The notes under the pieces: generated by a model | What the model was told of the DNA's origin: nothing | The model's input: only the letters and a program-made list of their open reading frames with translations | Database searches by the model: none | Part shown: piece by piece, positions 10,175-19,332 of the stretch | Position numbering within the stretch: position 1 is the stretch's first letter | Layout: the number at the start of each line of letters is the position of its first letter | Position numbers and translations under genes: made by a program | Assembly: GCF_051251125.1 (NCBI RefSeq) | Contig: NZ_JBPCZL010000010.1 | Strand: one strand, 5' to 3' | DNA: 24,000 nt | DNA from: Carnimonas bestiolae | GTDB lineage: Bacteria; Pseudomonadota; Gammaproteobacteria; Pseudomonadales; Halomonadaceae

Positions 10175-10894
10175 ATGCGTTATATCAAACATTGTATCGC
10201 CATTGGGCTGGCACTCATTGCGGGATGGGCAATCACCGGTGCCGCTTACGGCGCTATTCAGTTACAAGCTACTCGCGTGGTGTACGACGGCAGCATGAAG
10301 GCCGCTACGCTGGGCCTCAAGAACGACGCAACCCGTCCCTACATGGTGCAAAGCTGGCTCGACACCGGCGATCAAACGCAAATGCCGAAGCAATTGCCGA
10401 TCGTGGTAACGCCGCCGTTAATGAAGTTAACACCGGGGCGCTCGTCTTCGCTTCGCTTCATTTATTCGGGCAGCGGGCTGCCCAGCGATAAAGAGTCGCT
10501 GCTGTGGATCAATGTGCAGGAAATCCCGCCAGCGTCTGATCAGGAAAATGTACTTCAAATCGCGATTCGCTCGCGTATCAAGCTTTTTTATCGCCCTGCC
10601 GGTATCGCGACTGATCTCGACAAGGCGGCGCACTCGCTCGAATGGCATCGCCAGGGGCATGCACTCGTTGTGCATAACCCCTCAGCATTGCATATCACGT
10701 TCGCTGCCCTGAAGCCGGGACACGGCGCGACGGTAAGCGCGCTGAGCAACGATATGGTCGCACCTGGCGCCACGGTCAAGGTGCTCGAGGGTGGTGTTGT
10801 CGATAGCGATTTTGCACATCCCTTTGGTGTCGATTACGTCAATGATTATGGCGGCTATTCCCATCTTGACGGGGTGTTAGCCGCTCCTCTTTAG
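10175..10894 (+). CDS. fimbrial periplasmic chaperone (PapD/FimC family)
   Basis: 239-aa ORF with a signal peptide. IQLQATRVVYDGSMKAATLGLKNDATRPYMVQSWLD matches the chaperone N-terminal signature (R.IY...K..SL.V.N....P.L.QSW). LLWINVQEIPP and IRSRIKLFYRP are typical family segments. Confidence 0.9.
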   Translation: MRYIKHCIAIGLALIAGWAITGAAYGAIQLQATRVVYDGSMKAATLGLKNDATRPYMVQSWLDTGDQTQMPKQLPIVVTPPLMKLTPGRSSSLRFIYSGSGLPSDKESLLWINVQEIPPASDQENVLQIAIRSRIKLFYRPAGIATDLDKAAHSLEWHRQGHALVVHNPSALHITFAALKPGHGATVSALSNDMVAPGATVKVLEGGVVDSDFAHPFGVDYVNDYGGYSHLDGVLAAPL

Positions 10895-10905
10895 GATCGT
10901 CTCCA

Positions 10906-13521
10906 ATGAAGCAATCGAGTATTGCGCGCACTGACCTCAGGTCGCGTGCACGCTGGCTTGCGCTCGGCTTGTTGGGGGGGAGCGCCATATTTCCGTCGTT
11001 GCCAGTGCAGGCCGAAGAAAAATTCAACGCCTCCTTTTTGCGCGCGGGCTCCGGACAATCAGCCCTCGAGGCAGTGCAGCACGGCGACGATATCTTGCCC
11101 GGCACTTATCCCTTCAGCCTTTATCTGAATGGTGAAGAAGTCGAGCGCGCAGGAATTACGTTCGTCCGCAATGCCGCTGAGGAAGTCGTTCCCTGTTTGA
11201 CGCCATCGCGGCTGCGTGAGCTGGGCATTCGCCTTCCAAATGAAACGCCGCAGGAGCCGGAATGCGCGGCACTGGAAACCCTGTTGCCCGATGCACGTAC
11301 CTCCTTCGACGTAACGCAGCAGCGAGTGGATTTATCAGTACCGCAGATCCACCTGGACCGTTTGCCTCGTGGTGCTGTACCCCACCGGTTGTGGGACGAA
11401 GGCGTAACGGCAGGCGTACTCGATTACAGCCTCACGGCAACGCGTAATGAATACGACGGCCTGCCGCATCAGGATTACTACTATTTGGGGCTGAACAGTG
11501 GTTTTAACCTGGGCGCATGGCGTTATCGCAATCGTGCTGTTGCAAGACGCTATACCGGCAATGGATCGCACTGGCAGACATTGGGCAACAGTCTTGAACG
11601 TGACGTGATCGGTTGGCGTTCACGGTTGCAGTTGGGCGATGCCTACAGCCGCAATGATGTGTTCGACAGTATTCGCTTTCGCGGTGTGCAGCTGTCCAGT
11701 GATGACGAGCAGTTGGCATTTAGCATGCAGCAATATTCGCCGGTGATTCGCGGTGTAGCGTCTACCAACGCGAGGGTGGAAGTTACGCAAAACAACCTGG
11801 TGATTTATTCCATCAACGTGGCGCCCGGCCCGTTCGAAATCAACGATCTATCGCCTAGCAGTCTGAGCGGTGATCTGCTGGTTAACGTGATCGAAGCTGA
11901 CGGCTCAGTACACAGCTTTACGCAGGCGTACTCGGCGGTGCCCAACATGCTGCGCGATGGAATTTGGCGCTATCAACTAACGGCCGGGGAATTTCGTAAT
12001 GGCGGGTCGCTCGATGATTATCATCCCTCGTTCCTGCAGCTTACCGCCAGCCGTGGACTTTCCAACGATACAACGCCCTACGCGGGGCTGCTGATCGCGG
12101 AGCACTATCGCGCTGCCAGCGTTGGCATAGGTAAAGGTTTGGGGCAATGGGGCGCTGTGTCGCTCGATGTGACGGGGGCTATAACCGATATCGCCGCCGG
12201 CGATCAGGCGTCAGGTATCAGCTCACGGTTTCTATATTCGAAGTCTCTTAATAGCTGGGGATCCGAGTTCCGCTTGCTGGGCTACCGGTACTCGACATCC
12301 CGCTATTACGATTTCGCCGACGCGGCGGCTGAGCGCGCGCAATGGCAGCAGGGGCACTATCAGTACGAATACGATGACGATCAGGCCCAGGGGCTGATTG
12401 GCGTGCCCGATTGGTCCGATCAACGGCGCCGCTACGCCCAAAGCAGTAGTTTCTATAACAAGCGCTCGCAGTGGCAGATGTCGCTTACCCAGCAGGTGTG
12501 GAACAGCGATCAGCTGTATGCCAATTGGAATGCCCAAAGCTACTGGCACGGTGGACACAGCCAGCGTTCGTGGCAGGTGGGGTACAACGGTCGTGCCGCC
12601 GCCTACAACTACAGCCTGTATTACCAATATTCGAGCGGCCGCTTCACCTCAAGCGAGCGCACGGTTGGGATGAGCATTTCGCTGCCGCTTGGCTCGCCCA
12701 GCAGATCGCCCATGTATGCGAACGCTTATGCCAGTCACTCCAATATCAGCGGTAACTCGATTCAGTCGGGCTTAAGCGGCTCAGCGCTTTCTGACAACCG
12801 ACTCAGCTATAACGCTAGTGCCGGTCATAACGGCGGCGGCGGTAATAGTGCTGCCGTTAGCGGCAGCTATCAGGGGGCTGTGGGAAGCGCCAACGCGGGC
12901 TACACGTATGGCAATCACTATCGCCAAACGTCGCTTGGTGTGTCGGGCGGGGCGGTTGTTCATAGTGGCGGCGTAACGCTTGGGCAAGCCTTGCAAACCA
13001 CCATGGTGCTAGTGGATGCGAAAGAGGCGCAGGGTGTGGGCATTGAGAATCAGCAAGGCATCACGGTAAACCGCAGCGGATATGCGCTGGTTAGCGGTAG
13101 TGCACCTTACCGACGCAGTCGCGTGGCGCTGAAAGCCGAGGATATCGGCGCCAATCTCGAAGTGACCAACACGTCAACTGAGGTGGTGCCAACCCGCGGA
13201 GCCGTTGTCCGCGCCTACTTCGACACCCATGCAGGGCGCAGCGTGTTGATCGATGGGCATCTTGCTGACGGTACTCCGTTGCCGTTGGGTGCGGCTGTAT
13301 ATGCGATGGATGGTCGCGAGCAAGGCATTGTCGGCCCTGATGGGCAGGCGTTTGTGACAGGTATCGAAGAAGGGCAACGGTTAACGGTGCGCTGGGGTGA
13401 GGCCAACCATCAGCAGTGTGAGCTGCGGGTTGTCGGGCTATCGCCGGACAGTGAGTCGTCATTGGGATACGACCGTCTGGCTGTTCAATGTCAGGCCGAT
13501 AGTGAGATAAGACATGAATAA
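10906..13521 (+). CDS. fimbrial outer-membrane usher (FimD/PapC family)
   Basis: 871-aa ORF with a signal peptide ending PVQAEE. FNASFLRAGSG start of the usher N-terminal domain. Gly/Ser/Tyr/Asn-rich beta-barrel composition. Size and position between the chaperone and tip-adhesin genes fit the family. Confidence 0.92.
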   Translation: MKQSSIARTDLRSRARWLALGLLGGSAIFPSLPVQAEEKFNASFLRAGSGQSALEAVQHGDDILPGTYPFSLYLNGEEVERAGITFVRNAAEEVVPCLTPSRLRELGIRLPNETPQEPECAALETLLPDARTSFDVTQQRVDLSVPQIHLDRLPRGAVPHRLWDEGVTAGVLDYSLTATRNEYDGLPHQDYYYLGLNSGFNLGAWRYRNRAVARRYTGNGSHWQTLGNSLERDVIGWRSRLQLGDAYSRNDVFDSIRFRGVQLSSDDEQLAFSMQQYSPVIRGVASTNARVEVTQNNLVIYSINVAPGPFEINDLSPSSLSGDLLVNVIEADGSVHSFTQAYSAVPNMLRDGIWRYQLTAGEFRNGGSLDDYHPSFLQLTASRGLSNDTTPYAGLLIAEHYRAASVGIGKGLGQWGAVSLDVTGAITDIAAGDQASGISSRFLYSKSLNSWGSEFRLLGYRYSTSRYYDFADAAAERAQWQQGHYQYEYDDDQAQGLIGVPDWSDQRRRYAQSSSFYNKRSQWQMSLTQQVWNSDQLYANWNAQSYWHGGHSQRSWQVGYNGRAAAYNYSLYYQYSSGRFTSSERTVGMSISLPLGSPSRSPMYANAYASHSNISGNSIQSGLSGSALSDNRLSYNASAGHNGGGGNSAAVSGSYQGAVGSANAGYTYGNHYRQTSLGVSGGAVVHSGGVTLGQALQTTMVLVDAKEAQGVGIENQQGITVNRSGYALVSGSAPYRRSRVALKAEDIGANLEVTNTSTEVVPTRGAVVRAYFDTHAGRSVLIDGHLADGTPLPLGAAVYAMDGREQGIVGPDGQAFVTGIEEGQRLTVRWGEANHQQCELRVVGLSPDSESSLGYDRLAVQCQADSEIRHE

Positions 13522-14596
13522 ATTCGTTGCAGTCGCTCGATGGTGGTTAATGCTGATGGTGTCACTGTGGTCGGCATCGGGTTGGGCAATGCAGTGCTAT
13601 GAGGGGGGCTATGGCGGTAATACACGCCATACCACCATGATTGATCGCGAAATTGTCGTTCCCGTCAATGTAGCGCCTGGCACGGAACTGTGGCGCTCTC
13701 CAGAGTATTCGGCCACGTTGACGTGCTATGACACTGAAGAGCGTGGTGATCCCGAGGACGCCTTTATGTACTGGGATCCCCGCGGTGAGCTGAAAACGCT
13801 GCCCAATTCCATCGAAGTGGTGGTGCATGCTCAGGGGATGGATTACGACCCTCTTACTCGACGGGAAGATTGGGTCGCCAGGGGTACTAGGCGTCCCACC
13901 TCAACCTCGTACTGCATCGGCCCAACCCAAGAGGAGTCGTTCCTGCTTGTGTTCAAGCGTGAGAAGCGTTGCGCTAAACCGCAAACCTTTACCCTTACCT
14001 ATAGCATTTCGATAAACGCCACAGGTAACCCGCCACCCCCCAGCGGGCGTTTGCCATCCTCTGGCACGTATGATGTGTTCCAGATCGATGGCCCGCTGGG
14101 AATTAACATGGAGCCTAATGCCAATTTCTCTGAATTTCTCGGGGGGCTAAACAACATTCGCTTTACTACCTGTAATCCGCGAGTTTATGTGGAGGCCAAT
14201 CGTGGCAATACCGTCGACTTTGGAAGGCTGGCGATTCCGCGTGACCCACAGGTAGGTCAGGTGGAGAAAGTTGTCGGGTTTACCGTGAATACATCACTCG
14301 AGTCCGAGGAAACCGGCCGGCAATGTGCCGGCAAAGCGCTGGTGGCAAGCTTCTCAAGCGGTAATCCGGTCATTGACGAAAGCGTTATCATGCCTACCAG
14401 CGATAGTGGTTTCGGCATCGTTATAACCCCGGGAGATTCAGCGACGCCCATCCTGATGAATCAGCCTGTTACGCTGGGCACGATCGACGGCTCAACGATG
14501 CGCACTCCGTTTCGTGCGGGCCTGAAATGGCTTTCCGATAAACCCAGGCCGGGGCGCTTTAATGCGACGGCGACAATAGATGTCACTTATCAGTGA
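13514..14596 (+). CDS. putative two-domain fimbrial tip adhesin (FimH/CupA4-like architecture)
   Basis: The ATG overlaps the usher stop by 8 nt (ATGAATAA). Signal peptide present. In the predicted mature protein, Cys3 and Cys46 resemble the FimH lectin-domain disulfide spacing. Pro-rich linker GNPPPPSGRLPSSG. The C-terminal half has a pilin Cys pair (TTCNP ... RQCAGK) and the terminal motif ATATIDVTYQ. The N-terminal domain has no family I recognise. Confidence 0.6.
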   Translation: MNKFVAVARWWLMLMVSLWSASGWAMQCYEGGYGGNTRHTTMIDREIVVPVNVAPGTELWRSPEYSATLTCYDTEERGDPEDAFMYWDPRGELKTLPNSIEVVVHAQGMDYDPLTRREDWVARGTRRPTSTSYCIGPTQEESFLLVFKREKRCAKPQTFTLTYSISINATGNPPPPSGRLPSSGTYDVFQIDGPLGINMEPNANFSEFLGGLNNIRFTTCNPRVYVEANRGNTVDFGRLAIPRDPQVGQVEKVVGFTVNTSLESEETGRQCAGKALVASFSSGNPVIDESVIMPTSDSGFGIVITPGDSATPILMNQPVTLGTIDGSTMRTPFRAGLKWLSDKPRPGRFNATATIDVTYQ

Positions 14597-14825
14597 TGAT
14601 CCAACAATGCGCACATCCCGTGGATGTTCCTCTTCACCTTCGATTCTTTTAGCGCTCGGCATCTCGCTGATGGGCAGGGGGAAAAGCGTGTCACACGCTG
14701 AGGGCAGCCGGTGTCCGATGGCGACCGGTTGTCTCGAGCGGTTGCAGTCGTTCATTGGTCGGTGCAATGATCATCGGATGGCGCAGCGTTTCGGCATTAG
14801 GTAATCATTAATCACAATAAGAGGC

Positions 14826-16073
14826 ATGGCAGGCATGGCGACTTCGATAGTGCTTGGGGCAGGCATGGTAGGTGTATCAACCGCTCTGGCACTGCAGCAG
14901 CGTGGTGACGATGTGCTGCTGGTAGACCGTAAGGGGATTGGCCGCGAAACCAGTTATGGCAATGCGGGCGCCATCCAAACGGAAGCCTGCGAGCCCACTG
15001 CATTTCCGCGTTCCGTGGGGTTCCTGCTAAAAGCCGCTACCAAGCAGCACAACATGATCAACTGGCACCCCCGGGCGGTGATCGAGAATCGCCATGCGTT
15101 ATGGGGCTATTGGAAGAACTCCGCGCCAGCTCGACACGCTGCCATCAGTCAGTGGTATGCGCGCTTCACTGCGAAGGCCGAAAAGCACCATGCGCCACTC
15201 GCTAAAGCTGCCGACGCAGAACATCTGATCCGCCGCAGTGGCTACATCGCCGCTTTCCGCCAAGCCAGTACCTTGGAAAGTCACATGAAAACGGCCGAGC
15301 GCCTCAAGCAAGGTTGGGACGTGCCGGTTGTTGAGCTTAGCGATGCTCAGGTGCACGAGAAGGAGCCGGCGCTCAACGTGTCGCTGGCGGGCGGATTATG
15401 GTTCAGCAATGTATGGACCTGCCAAAGCCCAGGCGCGCTTACTAGTGCCTACGGCGAGCTATTCAAACAGCGCGGCGGCAGCGTGGCCTATGGCGATGCC
15501 ATGAGTCTTGCCGCTACCGAAGACGGTGGCTGGTCAGTGATGACCGAGCAGGGGCGCGTAGAGGCCGAACGCGTTGTGGTAGCGCTGGGGCCTTGGTCAA
15601 GCGAGCTGACAGAGCGTTTTGGCTACCGCATTCCGTTGCTGAGAAAGCGCGGTTATCACCGCCACTTCACATCATCGAGCGGCCCGAACAACGCGATGCT
15701 CGATGTCGACAACGCCACCTTCATGTCGCCCATGAACCAAGGGTTGCGGGTATGCACGGGAGCAGAGATTACGCAATTCGACGCGCCCGCCGATCTGCGT
15801 CAAATCTCCCGCGCCGAGCAGGCAGCACGTGAATTCTTCGAACTTGGCGAGCGCGTCGAAAGTGCTCCCTGGATCGGCCATCGTCCTTGCCTACCCGACA
15901 TGCTGCCGGTAATCGGCGCCGCACCGCGTCACAACGGGCTGTGGTTTCACTTCGGCCACGCCCATCAAGGCTTTACCGGCGGCCCCGCCGCCGCGCAACT
16001 GCTGATGGAGCTAATGGTGGACGGCAAATCTCCCGACTGGGCCGCTCACTTTAGCCCGGCGAGGTTTGGGTGA
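14826..16073 (+). CDS. FAD-dependent oxidoreductase (DadA / D-amino-acid dehydrogenase-like, DAO family)
   Basis: 415-aa ORF. Dinucleotide-binding motif IVLGAGMVGVSTALALQQRGDDVLLVDR, ETSYGNAG, and the C-terminal GHAHQGFTGGP typical of DAO-family flavoenzymes. The start could instead be the ATG at 14835 (tandem GGCATGGCA GGCATGGCG). Confidence 0.8.
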   Translation: MAGMATSIVLGAGMVGVSTALALQQRGDDVLLVDRKGIGRETSYGNAGAIQTEACEPTAFPRSVGFLLKAATKQHNMINWHPRAVIENRHALWGYWKNSAPARHAAISQWYARFTAKAEKHHAPLAKAADAEHLIRRSGYIAAFRQASTLESHMKTAERLKQGWDVPVVELSDAQVHEKEPALNVSLAGGLWFSNVWTCQSPGALTSAYGELFKQRGGSVAYGDAMSLAATEDGGWSVMTEQGRVEAERVVVALGPWSSELTERFGYRIPLLRKRGYHRHFTSSSGPNNAMLDVDNATFMSPMNQGLRVCTGAEITQFDAPADLRQISRAEQAAREFFELGERVESAPWIGHRPCLPDMLPVIGAAPRHNGLWFHFGHAHQGFTGGPAAAQLLMELMVDGKSPDWAAHFSPARFG

Positions 16074-16110
16074 TTGATTAAAAAGAGCCAAGTGCTAAAG
16101 CAACAGGCTT

Positions 16111-16569
16111 CTAGTCCCTTTCGCGAGGAGGATGGAGAGGCCATTGGGCAATCTTTGCCTCACTTTTGATTATTTTTTCTATCGCTTCTGGAAAGGCTTC
16201 GAGGTCATGGCGAAGCCCGCACTCCCAAATGATGGCAACACGCCATCCAAGTTGTTGAAGCTCTTTTTGCTGCCTTAAATCTCGTTCATAGTTGCCATCG
16301 AGTTTTATTCTCCAAAACTCTCTCCGTGTCGCCGGAGATGAGGCGTAAAAGCATCTTTCGTGGCGGTGCCAGAAGCAACCATGCATAAAAATAATCAAAT
16401 TGTATTTGGGTAGAACCAGATCAGGCGTTCCGGGAAGATCTTTTCTATGAAGTCTAAAGCGGTAGCCAAGCGCGTGGATAACTTTTCTTATCTTTATTTC
16501 AGGGAGCGTATTCTTTCCTTGGATACCCGCCATCATCTGTGAACGGGTCTTTTCATCCACTACGTCCAT
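16111..16569 (-). CDS. vsr: very-short-patch repair endonuclease Vsr
   Basis: 152-aa ORF colinear with E. coli Vsr: TRSQMMAGIQGKNTLPE (cf. TRSKNMRAI..RDT..E), LPGTPDLVLPKYNLIIFMHGCFWHRHE (cf. LPGRPDFVVDEYRCVIFTHGCFWHHH), SPATRREFW, GWRVAIIWEC. Confidence 0.9.
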   Translation of the reverse strand: MDVVDEKTRSQMMAGIQGKNTLPEIKIRKVIHALGYRFRLHRKDLPGTPDLVLPKYNLIIFMHGCFWHRHERCFYASSPATRREFWRIKLDGNYERDLRQQKELQQLGWRVAIIWECGLRHDLEAFPEAIEKIIKSEAKIAQWPLHPPRERD

Positions 16570-17813
16570 TATAGACCTTTGCTACTTGAAGAAATCATCT
16601 GCCTTTCTCTTACCATCGATATGAATTGTTCCAGATTCATAAGTTGTTCAGCCTGTTGCTGAGAATATGTTGAATGCAAGGCTGCCGGTAACACTAAGGA
16701 CAAATTAGCTCGTTCCATTTCCGCTGTCTGATGAGATGAAATTCTGGGTTGGAGAGTGAGGAGGTGTTTTCGGTCGATTCTCTGAGCTTCATTCAGAACT
16801 TGGCGCCACCGGTCTTTGCAAGTAGTTTTGACACCTAACATCGTAAGGTGATCAGTTGGGAAATTGGTGTCGTGGTAGAGTTTGGAAGAAGGGAATAAGA
16901 AATCCGGCCTAGACCGTTGCTCTGTCTGTGCTCCATGCGCATAGTCGATGGAGTTTTGGTCTAATATCCAAGCAACATGGTTCTCCAGTGCATGTCCTGC
17001 ACGAGATTTTCTTCTATTTTGCACTCCCAGCGAAAACTTCATGAACGCGTCAATGTCGTCAGCCCAAGTGCTGGCAAGATTATTTAAGTCTCTTGCGACG
17101 ATGTATTTTTCCAGTTGCTTGAATAGCAACTCTTCTCTATCGACCAGGCAAATTAGAGCTTCATCAGGTAGTTCAATGGGGTTTATATCTCCGCCTAACG
17201 TCTCTAAGGCAAGTTGAGAAAGTTCTTTAGTGGTTGGGAAGCGCGCACCAAAACGGTCTATAAGAAGATCTATCCAGTTATCTGCATCATCGTCTTTTAT
17301 TTCCAGGCCGATGCTTTCCGCAATATAGTTGAATAGCAAGCTGGACTGCGTATTGACGTAAGAGGGATCGATTAATTTAAGACTTTGTTGCTCACCTGGA
17401 ATTTCGTCAATGCCAAACAACCAAAGAATCTCTTCCAACGAAGGACACTCGTCGTCGATAATGAGTACTAAAAGTTTTCCGTCCAGTCCTAAAGCGCAGA
17501 TGAGAATATTTCCAAATGATGCTTTCAACGTTACCGCGTTATCCCTGTAATAAAGGCGGAACTCAGAACGCTTAGGATGTTTGTCGCGGGAATCGTACCA
17601 GGTTACTTTGTCTTCCACTGACAACCATTCATCTTCATCTTTTCCTGCATAGATAAGAGACGCCTCGAACTCCTTGTGCTCAAGACCCAGGAACTTTTTC
17701 ATGCTGTGGGTACCGTTAAACTCGTGTTGGTTTGAGGTACCGCGTTCGGTTTCTACAGATTTCAGACGCTTTACAGATATGCCTGCAAAATATCTTTCAA
17801 GATGTGTTGCCAA
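16569..17813 (-). CDS. EcoRII-family type II restriction endonuclease (predicted CCWGG specificity)
   Basis: The C-terminal half is nearly colinear with the EcoRII catalytic domain as I recall it: NRRKSRAG..LE.H, KPDFLFPS, YHDT.FP...L.ML.VKTTCKDRWRQ.LNEA. The N-terminus YFAGISVKRLKSVETERGTSNQHEFNG resembles the EcoRII-N effector-domain segment YFVYIKRLSANDTGATGGHQVG. Apparent TTG start at 17811-17813 preceded by AGGAGG. Flanked by a Dcm-type MTase and vsr. Confidence 0.85.
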   Translation of the reverse strand: MATHLERYFAGISVKRLKSVETERGTSNQHEFNGTHSMKKFLGLEHKEFEASLIYAGKDEDEWLSVEDKVTWYDSRDKHPKRSEFRLYYRDNAVTLKASFGNILICALGLDGKLLVLIIDDECPSLEEILWLFGIDEIPGEQQSLKLIDPSYVNTQSSLLFNYIAESIGLEIKDDDADNWIDLLIDRFGARFPTTKELSQLALETLGGDINPIELPDEALICLVDREELLFKQLEKYIVARDLNNLASTWADDIDAFMKFSLGVQNRRKSRAGHALENHVAWILDQNSIDYAHGAQTEQRSRPDFLFPSSKLYHDTNFPTDHLTMLGVKTTCKDRWRQVLNEAQRIDRKHLLTLQPRISSHQTAEMERANLSLVLPAALHSTYSQQQAEQLMNLEQFISMVRERQMISSSSKGL

Positions 17814-17886
17814 TTGACCCTCCTGCCAAAGATGGGCAACTTTGTGTACTTACCACCATACAAGAAAATTTCTTCGATGGGCTATT

Positions 17887-19332
17887 TTACTGCTGCAAAG
17901 AGAGGTTCCACTGATGACTAGGGAAGGTCAAATACTCTTGCTGCTTACCCACTGCCTCTATAATCCGCTCTTTCATCAAGCCAGCAACTGCCTGAAAAAC
18001 AGGGACGACCACGGAATTACCGAACTGTCGATATGCTTGGGTATCTGAAACGGGAATGACAAAACTTTTACCTTGTGGAGAATCAAACCCCATAAGGCGA
18101 GCGCATTCAGTAGGAGTGAGTCGTCTGGGGCGATTTCGGATATTCTCAGGAGAACCGAAGGGCTGTGTTTGGTCAAACCCACGATCTACTAGTATTTCGG
18201 ATCCATCTTTATGATATCGAGCAGATAGGGTTCTTGCTGTATCGTTGGCGCGAGTTAACCCAAAGCCAAAACCGTTGCCTTTCTCTTTGTGCTTCTGAGC
18301 GTATTGGTAGAGATAGCTCCATAGCTTTGGCGTTAAAATATATTTGGATGCGTAATCTTGCTCCAGAATGTCGCCGAACGATGGACGATGCTGGGGGAAA
18401 GTCTTACTGATATCTCTTAATGTAAACCCGTGATGAATGTCGAGATCTCTGCGGAACCCCACCAGTACAATGCGCTCTCGGTGTTGTGGTAAGAAATGGC
18501 GGGCATCAATGACCTTCGGATCCTGGCCTTTAGGAGCGTTAACATCCGCCACTTCATAACCCAATTCATCCAAAGTATTACAGATTACCCTGAATGTTTT
18601 TCCCTGATCGTGGCTTTTGAGGTTTTTGACATTTTCAAGGACAAATGTAGCTGGGCGCTTTGCCGCAATGATTCGTGCCACGTCAAAAAAGAGAGTGCCC
18701 TGAGTCTCGCATTCAAAGCCGTGTTTTTTCCCCATCGAGTTTTTCTTGGAGACGCCGGCTAAAGAAAAAGGCTGACAAGGAAATCCAGCTAGCAATACGT
18801 CATGGTCAGGAATTTTCTGATTGATATGAGAATAGGCTGTTGTTTCATCGATGTCTTCGCAGTTTGACAGAGTGACATCACGAATATCGCCGTTGAATCG
18901 ATGCGATAGAGGATCGTTATAGTGGTTCGCCTTGTACGTACGAATGGAGTATTTATCCCATTCTGACGTGAAAACACATTTGCCACCTATGGCATCGAAG
19001 CCTTTTCTAATGCCGCCAATTCCCGCGAAGAGGTCTATGAAGCGGAAATCGGGTGTGTCGTAGTGACTGGGCTTGGATGGCAACATACTTTCGAGCTTTT
19101 TCGCTTCTGCTCGAGAAAGTACTGGATTTGCCTTTCCTTTCCACCACCGATTCAAAGTCTCCCTACACCAACGGTCATTACAGCCGCGGAGGACCTGAGC
19201 GATTGTGCCTTGATCGTATATCTCAAGAACTCGCTCCAATAACTGCCTGTCGCTCAACATTGCATAGTCGGACGAGGGCGACGGAGGCTCAAAGCGTTGT
19301 TCAGCTTCGCGGATATTTGGGAGTAAGGACAT
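17887..19332 (-). CDS. dcm: DNA (cytosine-5)-methyltransferase, Dcm / M.EcoRII family
   Basis: All C5-MTase motifs are present: [15 protein letters not shown] (I), GFPCQPFS (IV), FVLENVKNL (VI), [11 protein letters not shown] (VIII), [14 protein letters not shown] and [13 protein letters not shown] (IX/X). Colinear with E. coli Dcm, including the roughly 95-aa N-terminal extension. The start is taken at the ATG at 19330-19332; the track uses the GTG one codon upstream at 19335. Confidence 0.93.
   Translation of the reverse strand: MSLLPNIREAEQRFEPPSPSSDYAMLSDRQLLERVLEIYDQGTIAQVLRGCNDRWCRETLNRWWKGKANPVLSRAEAKKLESMLPSKPSHYDTPDFRFIDLFAGIGGIRKGFDAIGGKCVFTSEWDKYSIRTYKANHYNDPLSHRFNGDIRDVTLSNCEDIDETTAYSHINQKIPDHDVLLAGFPCQPFSLAGVSKKNSMGKKHGFECETQGTLFFDVARIIAAKRPATFVLENVKNLKSHDQGKTFRVICNTLDELGYEVADVNAPKGQDPKVIDARHFLPQHRERIVLVGFRRDLDIHHGFTLRDISKTFPQHRPSFGDILEQDYASKYILTPKLWSYLYQYAQKHKEKGNGFGFGLTRANDTARTLSARYHKDGSEILVDRGFDQTQPFGSPENIRNRPRRLTPTECARLMGFDSPQGKSFVIPVSDTQAYRQFGNSVVVPVFQAVAGLMKERIIEAVGKQQEYLTFPSHQWNLSLQQ

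Noticed and set aside
14492-14804. Two overlapping small ORFs (74 aa plus, 91 aa minus) between the adhesin and oxidoreductase genes
   Set aside because: They are mutually antisense, have no RBS and no recognisable motifs. One overlaps the adhesin 3' end. They are treated as intergenic spacer containing a palindrome and a weak hairpin (14613-14627).
14823-14840. Tandem 9-bp duplication GGCATGGCA GGCATGGCG at the oxidoreductase start
   Set aside because: There are only two imperfect copies. The sole consequence is ambiguity between two in-frame ATGs (MAGMA...), with no evidence of slippage-type phase variation.
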